Shown: positions 51,111 through 64,000 of the stretch, piece after piece
How the letters are laid out: each line of letters starts with the position of its first letter
How positions within the stretch are numbered: the first letter of the stretch is position 1
Origin: Camelus dromedarius
Lineage: Eukaryota
Assembly: GCF_036321535.1 (NCBI RefSeq)
Contig: NC_087437.1
Location: 122,018,001 to 122,082,000, forward strand
Direction of reading: 5' to 3'
DNA: 64,000 nt
Notes under the pieces: model-generated
Seen by the model: only the letters and a program-made list of their open reading frames with translations
Told to the model about the DNA's origin: nothing
The model's database searches: none
Program-made: the position numbers and the translations under genes

Positions 51111-52329
51111 TTTTGCCTTGTCACCCAGTGCACCCCACCCCCACCCCCCTCTCCTTCCAGCACCTCTTATCCCCCTGTGCCATCACCTGGCAGCCCAGGC
51201 CCAGAACTGGTTCCAGTTGCAACCTGGTGTCTGCTCTCCAGCTCTGCCCTCAAGCATTTGCTGCAGTCCAGGCTGTCCTTGTACCTCCCCCTCGAGGGAG
51301 GGTGTCAGGAAGAGGAGATGCTGCAACACGATGAGGTCCTGGACTGTCCGCCAGCCCCTGGGGTCTTGAGGGCAGCCTTTGTGTCTGGAAACAGTGAGTC
51401 ACCCCTGTCAGGACCTAGCTCTCTGACCTGCCTCCTTCGCAAAGTTTACAAATTACGTTGTTTAGCTTCTATGTTGAATAAGTCACTTGACGCATTTTGC
51501 CGTGAAATGTACCACCCATGCATGGAAGCGCATGGAAGCAAACATGCGCTGTGATGAGTGATCGCTGAGCAAGTACCCTCGTGAGCCCCACCCAGGTCAG
51601 CCGATCAGAAGTGGCCGGCACCTGGGCACTTACTGGCTGCCCTCCCTTGGCCTCTAGAGGTAGCCAAGGCCTTTCTTCAGAGGCCGCCTGGGCCTGAGTG
51701 CAGCTACCCACCCCCCCAGGGGAGAGCCGCTTTGTGGCCCCATCCCTGCCCAGCTGTAGGGCTTCCGCCAGCCCTCATGGCCGTCCTCCTGCAGATTAAG
51801 GCTTTGGCTCCAGGAATGAGCTGGGAGGTGGTCTGGGGTCTCCTTCAGCACTGGTGATGTCCCCTCCCCCAGCCCCCATAGGGCTGCAGCCCCCAGAGGC
51901 TTCACTCGCTTGCTAGCCCACACTCAGCATTCAGCAGTTTGTTAAACATTTCCAGTCTTATCATCTTACCACCGGTTATGGGCTTCAGGTGAGCAAATCT
52001 CGATCCTACAGGCATCTATCTGTCTGGATTTGGGGCTAGGTGTTTGTCTTGTGGCCTCATTCTCTGATGGTTCCAAGAGAAGCTGTTAACTTGCACTTTG
52101 TACAGTTTTTCTTGTTCTGATGGGAGTGGTGCTCCTGGCTCCCCACATCTCCAAGCTGAAACCCAGTCTGCTGGCGTTCAGCTTCATCTCCTACCTGGCG
52201 ACCTTGCTAGGCTGACTTTGGCTGTTGGTCCCAGTGGCTGTCCTAGCTGACAGTGGCCTCTTCCATCCCACCCTTGCTTCACATTCTCTCCCTTCCAGAC
52301 TTAGCGAGGACATCCAGCAGCAAAGCTTC

Positions 52330-53390
52330 ACGAGGTTAGGAAATCTTGCTTCCATCTTCAGTCTGCTCAGAGTTTGTGACGTTAATAGGTGTTGAAACTG
52401 ATCACACGTATTTTTTGACTGGTTGAGGTAGTTTTCTCCTTTAGTCTACTCATACGGCAGATTAGAATGACTGACTTTTCAATTTTGAAGGTCTTGCATT
52501 CACAGATGACGATTACTTTCTCGTGTAATTTTTGAAGAACGTACTATTGAATTTTGGCGAGCTAATGTTTTATTTGGAATTTGTTCATCCACGTTTGTAA
52601 CTAGTGTGAACCTACTGCTTTGTTTTCTTGTTCTGCGCTCGGCACAGTGGGAATGGCCCTCCCCGCAGCTGGGCAGTGGCCGGAGCCCTGGCTGCCCTCG
52701 GCTGGCTTCAGAATTAAGCTCACACCAGCCTTCCGCCCTTTCCCAGTTCCTGGAGCAGCTCGTCAGTGTGTCCTGAAGCTGGGTGCAGCCTCCCTGTGCG
52801 GCCCCTGCCGTCAGCGCTGCGCTCGGGCTTCTGTCTGACGTGACCCCGGAGCTCGGGCCGTCAGAGGCCAGCCGCGCGGAGCCTTCAGCCTTCCTTCTCC
52901 CCGCAGTTACTTCTCCGTTGTCATTCTCTATGCTCACTTGTGTCTTCTCCCCTGTTTGCTCAACATTGCCAACATCAGTACAGCTTATTGATCGTTTCCA
53001 AGTGCTAGCTTCTGACTTGCCCTTTACGTTATTTTCGTTGCTCTCCATTTGGCTGACTTCTGTGAGTGTCGAGTGTTCCCTCACTTGTTTATTTGCGCTT
53101 GTTTTGTGACACTGCGCTTCCTTCAGTTCCTTGAGTTGCATGATTAGCTGTTTTTAACTTGCCTCTTGAGAGACACAGCTGAGACGGCACGTTTTCAGGT
53201 GCTGCCTCCGCTGTGTGCGCGAGTTGTGACACGGTATTTTCACTGTCGTTCAGTTCTAAGTATTTTTTCATTTCCCTCAAGATTTCCGCATAACCCACAG
53301 GTTACTTATTAAAATGATAGCAAATGTCCAAACATATGATGTTCTCTTAGACACCCTTTTAATACGGAATTCTAAGTGTGTCACATCACA
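52330..53390 (-). mobile_element. Antisense L1 ORF2 remnant
   Basis: Minus-strand ORF 53089..53298 (EILREMKKYLELNDSENT) resembles L1 ORF2. Confidence 0.7.
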
Positions 53391-53524
53391 GCAGGAATTC
53401 ATGATGTCCCTGACGCTGATCTTGTGGCCCATCAATCTGGCCAGGATGTAGAATTCCAGTTCACAGCGTTAAAGGCAAAGGACGCCATCCTCCTCCTTCT
53501 GCCGCTGCTGGGGAGACGTCTGGA

Positions 53525-56500
53525 GTGGGGAGGGGCCAAGGTGGTGAAGCAGGGAGACCCTGAGCTCAGCTCCTCCCCTGGGCACAGCAGCACGACAGCT
53601 GTTTACAGAGCAGCTCAGGATGATAAAGACTGGACGACTAGCAGAAAAGACCTTCCACCACGAAAGACACAAAGAAGGAGCCACAGCGAGAGAGAAAGCC
53701 CCGCCCTGTGGGCCAAGCCCCGCCCCCTGGGTGGGCGCCCCACAGACAGGAGGCCAGAGGGCCGCACCCCACAGGGGCTCCCCAGCCCAGGGGTTCTGTT
53801 CTGCGAAGACGAGCCCCCAGAATGTCTGGCTTTGAAGGCCAGCGGGACTTACTGTCAGGAGAGCCAGAGGGCAGTGGGAAACAGACTCCACTTTTAAAGG
53901 ATGCACACAAAATCTCACACCCTCCGGGACCCGGGGGGAGCCTGGATCAGACCCAGCAGCTGATCCTAGGGAGTCTCCAGAGAGGCGGGAGGCAGCTGGA
54001 GCTCACCTGGGGCCCCAGACACTGGGGCGGCCGTTTTGGGGAGCTCCTCCCACCACGAGGGCCTGTTATGGAGTCCTCCCTCCGGCTTGTTAGGGTCAGG
54101 ACACAGCCCCACCCACCAGCCTGCCAGCGCCCGTCCTGGGACACGTCCGCCAAGCAGCCAGCGGGGCAGGGACGCAGCCCTACCCAGCAGCCCACAGCCT
54201 CCCCGGTCTCACACTTACCACTGGGGCCCAGGACCCAGCGTGCACACCGGTTTGCAAGCAGCCAGAGGCCCTGAGAGCGGCTCTGCCCGCCAGTGAGCCA
54301 GCGCTGGCCCACGGACACCTGGGCCTGGCCCCCTCAGCAGTGGGCCAGTGCCACCTCCCAGACCATGAGGTCCTGTGACCAGAGACCCCAGGAAATAGCC
54401 TCACCCACCAGAGGGCAGCCACCAGCACTGGGATTCCCTGAGCCCCCGGGTCCTGATCCCACCCACCAGCAGGCTGACAGCAGTTCCAAGTCAGCTAGGA
54501 CAGCTCAGTCATTCATCCCCACTCACCAGCGAGTCAGCACTAGCTTTGGGACACCCCAGACTCCACAGCCAGAGGTGTCAGGAACCGGCCCTGCCAACCA
54601 GCAGACTGACACCAGATCCAGGACCCACCCTGGGCCCTGCAGCCAGCAGCCCCGTGACCCAGCCCCACCCCCAGCAGGCAGCAAGCCCCGCACAAGGCAG
54701 GGCCTGGCAGCCAGCCAGACGGGGCCAGCCACGCCTCCCCCAGCCCTCCCGCAGGAGTCAGCCCACCCCCGACAGAGGGGCCCGGGCAGCCCACGCAGGC
54801 TACGCTCAGAGCACAAAGCTCTGGGGGCCAGAGGGGAGGCTGCTCCTGGGATGTGCAGGGTGCCTCCGACAAAAGCACCCATTTTAACAGCCCCAGCATT
54901 GGTGGGCAGGCCGTCCAGACAGAAGGCCCGTAAGGGAGTGCCAGCCTTAAATGACTCGTTAGATCACGTGGATGTAACATGTATGTAGAGCTTTCCATCC
55001 AAGAGCAGCAGAACACACAGCCTGCCCAAGTGCACGTGGAACGCCTTTGTGGCTGGGCCACAAAACAGCTCTCGGTAATTTTAAGAAAATTGAAATCATA
55101 TCAAGCGACCTTTCCAACTACAACACTATGAGACTAGAAACCAACTACAAACAAAAAACTGCAAAAAACCCACAAATGTGTAGAGACTTAAAAAATGCTA
55201 CTAAACATTCAGTGGGTCACTGAAGAAATCAAAGAATAAATAAAAGGAATCCAAACTGAAAAAGAAGACGTTAAGCTGTCACCGCTTGCAGATGACATGA
55301 TACGACGTGTAGACAACAACCTGAGTGGAAATGAGCAGACGACCTAAACAGACGTTTATCCAAAGAGGACATCAGATGCCGACAGGCACATGAAAAGATG
55401 CTCAGCAGCACTGGTCATCAGGCAGACGCAAATCAAAACTGCAGTGAGGTGTCACCTCACACCTGCTGGATGGCTGTTGTCAAGTGTTGATGAGAATGCG
55501 GAGAAAGGGGAACCTTCGGGCACTGTTGGTGGGAATGTGAACTGGTGCAGCCACTGTGGAAAACAGCGTGGCGGTTTCCCAAAAAATTGAAAATAGAACC
55601 ACCATATGACCCAGCAATTCTGCTTCTGGATTTATCCAAAGGGAAAAACACTAATCAGAAAGATGCATTCACCCCTATGTTCATGGCAGCGGTATTCAAA
55701 TGGTCAAGCTATGGAAGCGACCCAAGGCCCGTCAATAGATGGACGGATAAAGAAGCTGCAGTCATGCGTCTGGGTGCACGCAGGTGAAAAAGAAGAGAAC
55801 CTTGCCACTTGGCGCGGTGCGGAAGGGGCTAGAGCGCATCACACTAAGGGACGCAAATCAGAGGAAGACGGACCGTATGCTCTCACTTATATGTGGAATC
55901 TGAAAAAAAGAACAACCTTAACAAAACAGAAACAGAATTACAGATACGGAGAACACACAGGTGGTTGCCAGAGAGGAGGGAGATGGGCGGGGGGGTGGGG
56001 GGATAAACAGTTGAAGGAGATTAAGAGGTAGAAACTTCCAGTTACAAAGTACCTGAGTCCAGGTCAGGAATGCGCAGCGTGAGGAGAAGTCAGCAGCCAT
56101 GTAGCATCTTGTGTGGGGACGGACGGGGCCTAGACTTACGTGGTGACCAGTGTGAAATACGTAGAAACATCGAATCACTATGCTGTGCAAGAGGAACTAT
56201 ACAGCGCTGTAGCTCAGTTATTCTTCAGAAACGAACAACGTAAAGAAGAGGAGGTCAGACTGGCGGTTACAGGGCCAGGGTTGCTGGTGGGGGCTGGTGA
56301 GAGGAGTCAGAAGCTGCGGGCGTTCGGTTACGGGATTCAGTCAGTCCTGGGGACGCGATGTGCACGGTCTATACGACTAACCTCGCCGTGCGCTCCGTGA
56401 GAACTGCTGAGAAAACCCTGAGTCCTCATCCCAAGGGAGAGTGTTTTTCTATTTCTTTAACTTTGTATCTGCCTGAGCTGACGGAGGTTCACTAAACCTG

Positions 56501-56580
56501 CTGTGGGCTCGTTTCGCGATGCGTGGAAGTCCAGTCACCCTGCTGCACGCCAGGAACTCACACTGTGTGTCACTTCTGTG
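53525..56580 (+). mobile_element. L1 retaining its 5' UTR, with fragmentary ORF2 (EN, RT, C-terminal) and 3' UTR
   Basis: 5' UTR-like gaccctgagctcagctcctccc; EN-like ALNDSLD; RT gcagatgacatgata; C-terminal MKRCS...[11 protein letters not shown]; 3' end ctcacttatatgtggaatct. Confidence 0.8.
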
Positions 56581-59032
56581 AACCTGGTTCTTGTTCTTCG
56601 GCGAAGCTGCTCTCTCTCCTCCAGAATGTCCACGCTTTGCCACGAAGCACCCAGGCGTGACCTCTCTCCCGCGGCCTCGCCTCCGCGTGGCCTTGGCACC
56701 TCTGCGCGCCGTCAGTGGCAGGGACCCCGTCTCTCTGTAGTTCTAGGAAATGCGCTTCCATTATTTTAGATCCTGCTCCCGTCAGCTTTTAATTGTCACT
56801 TATCAGAGACAAGTCAGACTGAAAGTGTGTTAATGCACTTACGCTCCTCAGATCACATGTGGCTTCAGAGCAGCCCTGTTCCTTATAAATTTCCCCAACT
56901 GTGCGGATTTGTGTCGAATGCAGCCAGCTGTCTCCAACCCAAGCGGAGGAGCCTCGCACCCTCACAGGACCAGTGAGAGAGCAGGGCTCTTGGAGGAGGC
57001 GGACAGAGTCCTGAGCACAGAGGGAGGGTCCCGGTGCTGGGCTGAGACCCTGTGTCTTCCCAGCTGGTTGGAATGGCCTGGCAATGCTGCTGGGTGCACC
57101 AGGGGGCTGAGCCAATGGAGGGATGGAGGGAGGCGAGCCTGAGGCTCTGGCCTTGCTGGTGACCCAGCCGTGGTGCTCCAGGAACTATGACCAGAGGGAC
57201 AATGCCACAGCAGCCTTGGAGGGAACTGCTGCTCCCGAGGGACTTGGGGAGCCAGCCTGGAGGAGGGAGCTGACCACACCTTGCTCACCCCCTTGTGCGG
57301 CGGCAGGGAGGGGCTCTCCCGGTCACTCTCTCTCCCAGAACACAGCCTGAGTGGGAGCCACCGGCCACTAGCCCAGCACGGGAAAGGCCTGGGCTGGTCT
57401 CAGAGGGAGAGGACCTCTGGTGTCAGGTCGGTCCCTGCTGGCTCAACAGAGATGCTGAAGCCTGGAGCTTGGTTCCATTCCTCACTCATTCATCCAGAGT
57501 TCTCCACACCCCTTCCCCATGGGCACCCCCACCTCTGCCCCACCCCACCACCTAGTGGTCCGAGCTGCCCACCGCATTTCATCCGAGCCCAGCCTGCACG
57601 CCACCAGCCAAACTCGACCAAGAACCAGAAAAACATGACACAAGATATCAAGGAAGAGAGTCAGTGAAAGTAAATTTCTTTTGCCCCTTGGAGTTTACTC
57701 TGGGGGCCAAGAAAACACGTGCCTGGTCTCGGAGAGTCCAGTCAGCCCGGAGCCAGAGCTGCAGCCGTCTGGGCCCAGACTGTCAGGGTGCAACTCAAAT
57801 TACTCGCAATGCGAAGCTCTGGCAAGGAGAAGCGCTGGACAAGGGCACACAAGCCGTCAAGGAGGGAGCCGGCAGGACGGTAACACTGGTCTCACTTCTG
57901 GTTTAAGGACTGAAATTAATCTTAGCTCTGAACAGACTGTATCTAAGGATACAGTGAAGGATACGGGCCCAGCTTTCTCTCCTGATGGCCACCCCAGTGT
58001 CCCAGTGTGCTGGTCTGACTCGTCCCCCTGCCCTGAGATGGCGCCTGTGCACGTGCGAACCCTGGGTGTCCGTCTGTCTCAGCCTCCCAGTGGGGCTGGC
58101 GGCCGGTCTGTTCGCGTCAGTTCACACTGTGCGCGTTTCTGACGCTGTGGTGTCGTTGCCAGAGCTGATAGCCATGATTGCTCTTCTGTTTCAAGGCTTT
58201 TCTTGTCTTTTGTTTTCCCTACAAACTTTCAAATAAGCTTGCCTGTTCCAAAATGAAAGCAGTTGTATTTTTATTGGAAGTGCACCAAATGTGTAGGTTG
58301 GAGAGCTGGCAGCTCCTGCGAGGAGCCCGCCGTCCCAGGGGCGCGGCTCACCGTCCGCTTGCCCCGATGCTGCTCTTGTGTCTTGTCGTGGCTTTTTGCA
58401 CGTTTCTCCCCGTCTGGATCTTGCACGCGTCTTGTTACTTTTATTCCTAGTATTTCTTCATTCCTGCTGCTGCTGAAACGGGGACTTCCCTTCCATCATG
58501 TTTTCTTCCTGGTTGCAGCTTACCTGCATGAAAACGACAGGTTCCCGTCCGTCAGTCCTGCGTCCTGCTGCCCGCCCGACAGTCCCCGTGCACTCCCCGT
58601 GCCTCTGGGACAGGCGGCCAGAGTTCAGTCCAGCTCGGGCCCGGTGCTTGGCCTCCGTGCCTCACTCCCGCGTCTGTAGAGTGGTGACAGCACCACACCT
58701 GCCTGGAGGAGGCGGGTGGGGGCCGGGTGAACTGCACGTGAAGCGCGGAGGCCCGTGAGGCGCTGGGCAGCGTGTGAGGGCTGCACCGGGCCCTGTAACA
58801 CAGCGCGTGGCCAGTGCCCCGGGCGGCGGGCTCTGCCGCCGTGCTCGCGTCTGCTTCTCTCCCGTTCCCTGATGCCAGTCACTAGGACCACACGCCGGGG
58901 GGGGGGGGGGCCGTGGTGGCGCCCCTCCCCCGGCTTCACTCTCCCGGACCCCTCTCCTGTTTCCCCCGTAACCATGGCGCTGGCCTACGCGCTGAGATAG
59001 GTTGTGATTTTTTATATTAAAAAAGTATCCAA

Positions 59033-59165
59033 GGGGGAGGGCACAGCTCGGTGGTGGAGCACATGCTTAGCGGGCACGAGGTCCTGCGCTCAATCCCCAG
59101 CACCTCCGTTAAAAACAATAGTAAATAAATAAACCTAGTTGCCCGCCTCCAAAAGATAAAAAGTA
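59033..59165 (+). mobile_element. tRNA-derived SINE (camelid type)
   Basis: gggggagggcacagctcggtggtggagcacatgcttagc...ggtcctgcgctcaatccccagcacctcc plus A-rich tail; degenerate A and B boxes. Confidence 0.85.
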
Positions 59166-61409
59166 GTGAAAACACTCCTATAAAGAATGGAATAAAGTCA
59201 CCCGAGCATTTAAGTGCCCGTTTGCTCCTGTTTCGTAGCTTCTTCTCTTCGGTCGGTAACGGCTCTTGAATTTTGCTAAACGCTTTTTTAATTTCTCCTG
59301 ATTTTCTCCTTGGAGCTATTCATACAATGAATTCTACTAATAGATGTCCTCCTGATGGACCTTCTCTGTGATAAATTAGTTCCTGTGCGCTCTCTCTGAC
59401 ATACAGGTGATTTAGATCAGTCACAAACATGTGAGATTCCATAAAACTTCCCTGTCAGAGCCACGGGAGTTTGGGCTTCTCCCAGGCAAGAAAGCACTGC
59501 AAGGAGCTGTGTCCCTGAGGATGAGACAGGCCAGTGAGCCATCACGTCTGTGGGAAACGTTCGCGATTTAGGCGGCGGACCCAGCAAGGACCCAGAAGAC
59601 TGCTGAGGGGGGGTTCAGCCGCTGCCGCGGGGGCCGGGCCGTGGGCAGCGAGGAGGCGGCTCCCTGTGGTCGGCGTCCTGACACCAGGCTCTGATCTTCG
59701 GAAACCTTGTGGGGCTCTGGGGTCCATCTTGGCTGCAGCAGGGGCCCCCCACCAACCCCGACGCCTGGGCGGGGGCGGGGCCAGCACGCTCTGCTCCTCC
59801 TCAGGGACCCCCCACCCCCACCCCGGGAGCACAGGGGCTGCTGCTCACCTGGGGCCCGTCTCCCTGCGCCCCTTCGTGCTCCCTCCTGCGGCCAGGAGCC
59901 GGTGCCGCCGGGTGGGAGAGGAGGGGAAGGCGCTCAGCACGCAGGCCCCAAGGCCCGGAGAGCCCCAGCTTTCAAACTGTGTCAAACCAGCAGCCGAGCC
60001 CCCATCCAGTGAAAAACTCCAGGAGCGAAGCCAAGGGAACGGGAGCTGTGCCGATCGGCACCGCACCCCTCGCGCCCCCGCACCCCTCGCGCCCCTCCCC
60101 AGGGAGAACCAAGCAGCCCCAGCCAGGGAGGGTCCCGGCGTCGCCACCCCCACCCCGGGGCGGCCTTCCTGGACACAATTTAGGCACCGCTTTCCCGCTT
60201 CAGTTTCTGGACTACAATTAACAGGAAGAGGTGGCCTCCGTTTATGGGTAAAAATCTCTCCTCCGAGGGCCCTGCGTGTGTGCAGGTGGGATTTAAAGGA
60301 AGTTGTTTACAGAAGAGGCACCATGTTTTCTTAGGGATACTTGTGATTTGCAAGAAAAAGAAGTTTTCCAGATTGCACACTTAAGGTGGCAATGACTTGT
60401 GCAGTCCTGGTTTGGGGGGCACTGGCGAAGCTTGAACAGAAAAAGTCACTGATCTCTCCAGGGCATTCAACCTCAGAAGGAGAGCCTTCTGCGCCTGCAA
60501 GCTCCAGAGGAAGGTGAGCCCGAGTGGGAGGCGAGGCTGGTCACCTGGTGGTCAGCCTAGTGGTGGGAACTGGCAGCTCCCACTCGCTCCTTTCCCGGAG
60601 CCCCCAGGTTTCCCTCCGTGGTGGGGGGCGCTACCTCGGGGCCTCGGCTCTGGGACCGCCCCCTCCCAGGCGCCTGAGGGCCAGGAGCTGCCCAGCCGCA
60701 CCTGCAGCTGCAGAAGTTCCCTGCCCGTGCCTTGCAGCCCACCGCAAAGGACAGAAGCACGTTTGTGGACAAAGTGGCTCTGGGTTCGGTTTCTAGAACT
60801 TTCCAAGCAGACGCTGAGCCTGTTAACAGTAAACACACCCATCCAGCTTGGAAGGAGTGATCGGAAAACGCTGTTGAATTATTTTGGCTTAGGGATCTAG
60901 CGTTTAATTTCAGTCCCAGATGTTAAGACGTGTTTAGAGTTCTTTATCGCCATGACGTTCAAAAATATATACTTTCTATCATAAAATATGAAACACACAG
61001 AAAACTTGAAAAAGTATGACAGAAAACTCCTGCAGTGTCATGCCAGGTTGGCTGGAGCCCTGCCTCTGCCTCCGCCTCCGAGTCTCCCTCCCCCAGGATG
61101 TGAGAGGAACTCGCGGCCCCTGACGCTGCTCCCTGGACCCTGCCAGCGGCAATCTCCTTTTCTCCTAGAGCAAGGGCGTCCTCTTGCACAGACACAGAAG
61201 CAGCTCATCTCCGCCAAGAGTGTGCACGTGAGCTCTCCCGGTTCCCTGTCCACAGGCACCACCCCCATCCCGTGACCCTGAGGGTGTCGCAAGCAGCCAC
61301 GAATTCCTGGAGCGGATCCGTCTGGGCTCACACAGCACTTCGGCCCATGTTTCCTCGTCTTCTTCAGCCTGGAGCAGCTCTCCCAGTGTCTCCTCCAGAT
61401 CACTGCCTC

Positions 61410-61611
61410 TTTAAATTTTTATTTTAAGCTTATCTACTCTAAGATCCACTCTCCGTGGTGCTCAGTTCTGTGAGTTTTGACAAGGGCACCGTCACTCAAG
61501 ACTCACACTGGGTGGTCACCACACAGGCTCCTTCATGCCTCCCTCCTCTCCATCCACGGAGGCCACGATCTGTGCTCCACCTCGTAATTCTGTCTTTGCC
61601 AGAAAGTCATC
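61410..61611 (-). mobile_element. Old L1 3'-end fragment
   Basis: cagttctgtgagttttgacaa and tgtctttgccagaaagtcat motifs. Confidence 0.55.
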
Positions 61612-61613
61612 TA

Positions 61614-61768
61614 CAGGCCGACCTTGGAGGTACTGTGGGTCCGGTTCCAGACCACCGCAATAAACAAATGACACGATAAAGCGAGACAGGAATTTTCTGG
61701 TTTCCCAGGGCATCCAGAAGTTATGTTGACCCTAGACCTGGTCTATTAACTGTGCACCCACCAGCATT
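61614..61768 (-). mobile_element. Tigger1 (TcMar-Tigger DNA transposon) terminal fragment
   Basis: ta|caggccgaccttggaggtactgtgggtccggttccagaccaccgcaataaa matches a Tigger1 end, with a TA target site. Confidence 0.8.
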
Positions 61769-62385
61769 ACTGAAACGAAGCAGGAGCCTGCGGGGCCTTC
61801 CCAGGAGCAGACTCCCACCTCCCAGTGTCCCCCGCATCTTGTCCGCAGAAAAGCCTCAGCCTTCCAGAACTTCCCCAAGCTCCAAAGGACGAATTTAATC
61901 AGAGATGAGGAAACGCAGGAACAAAGGAACAGTCAAGCAGGACCAAATAATCGTAGTTTAGCCATAAAACAAAGTCATGGACCATTAGCTCCTCTTCAGG
62001 GCTGGAGATGATGTCCTGAGCTGCACCCTTGGGCTGTTTTGCAGCTACTGAAACCCCAGTGGGGCAGTGGGGTTGGCTGCACGCCACCCACCAGCTCGCA
62101 AACCCCAGACCAACTGGAACCAGAAGCTGATGACTGCGAGTCCCAACAGCACGGCTCCCTCACCACCAGCCAGTCAGGGAAATGCGCACAAGCTGATCGC
62201 ACAGCCTGCGGCCCCCTCCCTCACCGTCCTTAAAAACCCTTCCTCAAAAGCCGTTAGGGAGCTCGGGTCCTCTGAGCACGAGCTGCCCGTTCTCCTTGCT
62301 GGGCGCCTGCAGTAAACGCTGTGCTTCCTTCACCACCACCTGGTGTTGGTGGCTTTGCTGCCCAGCGGGTGAGCAGACCTGAGTC
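61769..62385 (+). mobile_element. Solo ERV LTR (ERV1-like)
   Basis: TATA-like ccttaaaaaccct, gagcacgagctgcccgttctccttgct and poly(A)-like agtaaa, in LTR order. Confidence 0.6.
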
Positions 62386-62400
62386 TTCAAGAAGTTTTTA

Positions 62401-62495
62401 GGTGGGAGGGTCTAGCTCAGGGGCAGAGCACGTGCTTAGCATGCATGAGGTCCTGGGTTCGATCCCCAGTACCTCCATTAAAATTTAAAAAAAGG
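62401..62495 (+). mobile_element. tRNA-derived SINE (camelid type)
   Basis: gggagggtctagctcaggggcagagcacgtgcttagcatgcatgaggtcctgggttcgatccccagtacctcc plus A tail; intact B box ggttcgatccc. Confidence 0.88.
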
Positions 62496-62499
62496 TTTT

Positions 62500-63440
62500 A
62501 AGTGATATTTTTATGGTAAAATATACACAGCATAACGCTTATCATCTCAACCTTTTTTGGCTGAAGTATAGTCAGTTTACAATGTGGCGCTAGTATCTGG
62601 CGCAAGCATCACGTTTCAGTCATACCTGTACATGCATAAGTTCCTTTTCATGCTCTTTTTCATTGTAGGCTATTGCAAGGTGCTAAGTCTAGTTCCCTGT
62701 GCTGTACAGTAGGACCTTGTTCGTCTATTTTACATATAGTGGTCAGTATCTGCAAACCTCGAACTCCCAATTTATCCCTTCCCACCCCTTCCCCACTGAT
62801 AACCATAAGTTGATCTTCCGCATCTCTAAGTCTGTTTCTGTTGTGTAAACAAGTCCATTTGTGTCTTTTTTTAAGATCCCACATGTAAGTGATGTAGTAT
62901 TTTCCTTTGTCTGGTGACTTCACTTAGAATGATGATCTCCAGGTCCATCCATGTGGCTGCAAATGGCATGCCTTATTCTTTTTTATGACTGAGTAGTGTT
63001 CCATAGTGTGTATATACCACATATTCTTTATCCAGTCATCTGTCAGACCATCTCAACTGTCTTTAAGTGCTCAGCTCAGTGGCATTAAGCACATTCACAC
63101 TGTTGTGTGCCCGTACACCATCCACATCTCCAGAACTTTCCATCCTCCCAAATTGAAACTCTGTCCCCACTAAACACTAAGTCCCCATCTGCCTCCCACA
63201 GCCCCCGGCCCCCACCGTCTGCTTCCTGTCTCTGTGGCCCCGACTCCTCCTGGTACCTCACAGAAATGGACCCAACTGTGTCTGTCCTCTATGCCTGGCT
63301 TGTGTCACTGAGCACCACGTCCTCCAGGCTCATCCACGAGGTGGTCTGTGTCAGAACCCCCTTCCTTCTGGGGCTACATGATAGTCCATCGTGTGGGCGG
63401 ACCACGCTTTGTTTATCTTGTCACCCGTCCATGAACACTT
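62500..63440 (-). mobile_element. L1MB-like 3' end split by a younger L1 insertion
   Basis: ttatggtaaaatatac...catctcaac resumes as catctcaactgtctttaagtg...cagtggcattaagcacattcacactgttg. Confidence 0.75.
62552..63048 (-). mobile_element. Younger 5'-truncated L1 (497 bp) with 9-bp target-site duplication catctcaac
   Basis: Duplication at 62543-62551 and 63049-63057; L1 3' UTR phrases gatcccacatgtaagtgat and ccatccatgtggctgcaaatggc. Confidence 0.85.
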
Positions 63441-64000
63441 GTCAATTTACACTATTTTCTTCCTGAAAAGGTAACACATGTACTTAGATTTTTAAACGTT
63501 CAGGTAAAACAAACGACACAGAGTGGAAAGAAAGTCTTCCCACCACATGGACCCCCGACCCTTGCAACAGGACTGTAAGACGCAAATGGGCCCAAGCCCA
63601 TGCTGTCCGGCTCCTCCCGGCCCCTCCCTGGACTCCCAGCAGGTGTGGGCCTGGCCCTTATGCTGTCGCTGACCCTCAGGGGCAGGCTGGCTGCTTCCCG
63701 GCTGAAACCTGCACCGTGGGCCTGCGGAGGGGCTGCCGGGCGAGCAGCGGCCGCCCGCGGGTGCGTCTCCCAGGCCCCGGCGGAAGCCGACCTGCTCAGA
63801 CTCTGGTCTGTGGACGAGGCTCGGCAGTTTACCAAGATCCTCCACTTCGTCCCATTATTTGTCTGGACTGACTCAGCCTTTCATTTCCTCTCGTCTGTGC
63901 TTATTTCCTTTTCTCGTTTTAAAATTCTGTGTTTCTTTCTCTGTCTGTTCTTCTCGCTGGAGTTACCAGTGTGTCTAGTTATTTTATTGCCTTTTTCCCC

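Noticed and set aside
59033..62495. tRNA-like sequences at 59033 and 62401 as tRNA genes
   Set aside because: They have degenerate stems, A-rich tails and three dispersed similar copies, so they are SINEs.
47800..64000. Downstream neighbour gene (COL6A1 follows PCBP3 in human)
   Set aside because: No signal-peptide, VWA or Gly-X-Y exons are visible; the region is mostly repeats.

Overview
Mammalian genomic DNA, not prokaryotic. It is GC- and CpG-rich, and its tRNA-derived SINEs suggest a camelid. The window holds one recognisable gene, PCBP3 (poly(rC)-binding protein 3, three KH domains), on the + strand. Thirteen coding exons with canonical AG/GT boundaries (21166-47173) give a 338-aa ORF from the MESKV start codon at 21252. 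The 3' UTR has AATAAA at 47744. The far-upstream first exons appear to lie outside the window. The rest is intron and downstream sequence containing decayed L1s, three tRNA-derived SINEs, a Tigger1 end, a solo LTR and several minisatellites. Most six-frame ORFs are GC-rich noise. I found no clearly new biological system. The best leads are: (i) two upstream candidate exons (2452-2546, 19728-19845) whose phases chain into an open N-terminal extension; (ii) a C-rich minisatellite inside the pre-mRNA of a poly(C)-binding protein; (iii) a MIR-derived tandem array of nuclear-receptor sites; (iv) alternative-splicing signals in the KH2-KH3 linker. Repeat family names and boundaries come from recall of consensus sequences and are approximate.
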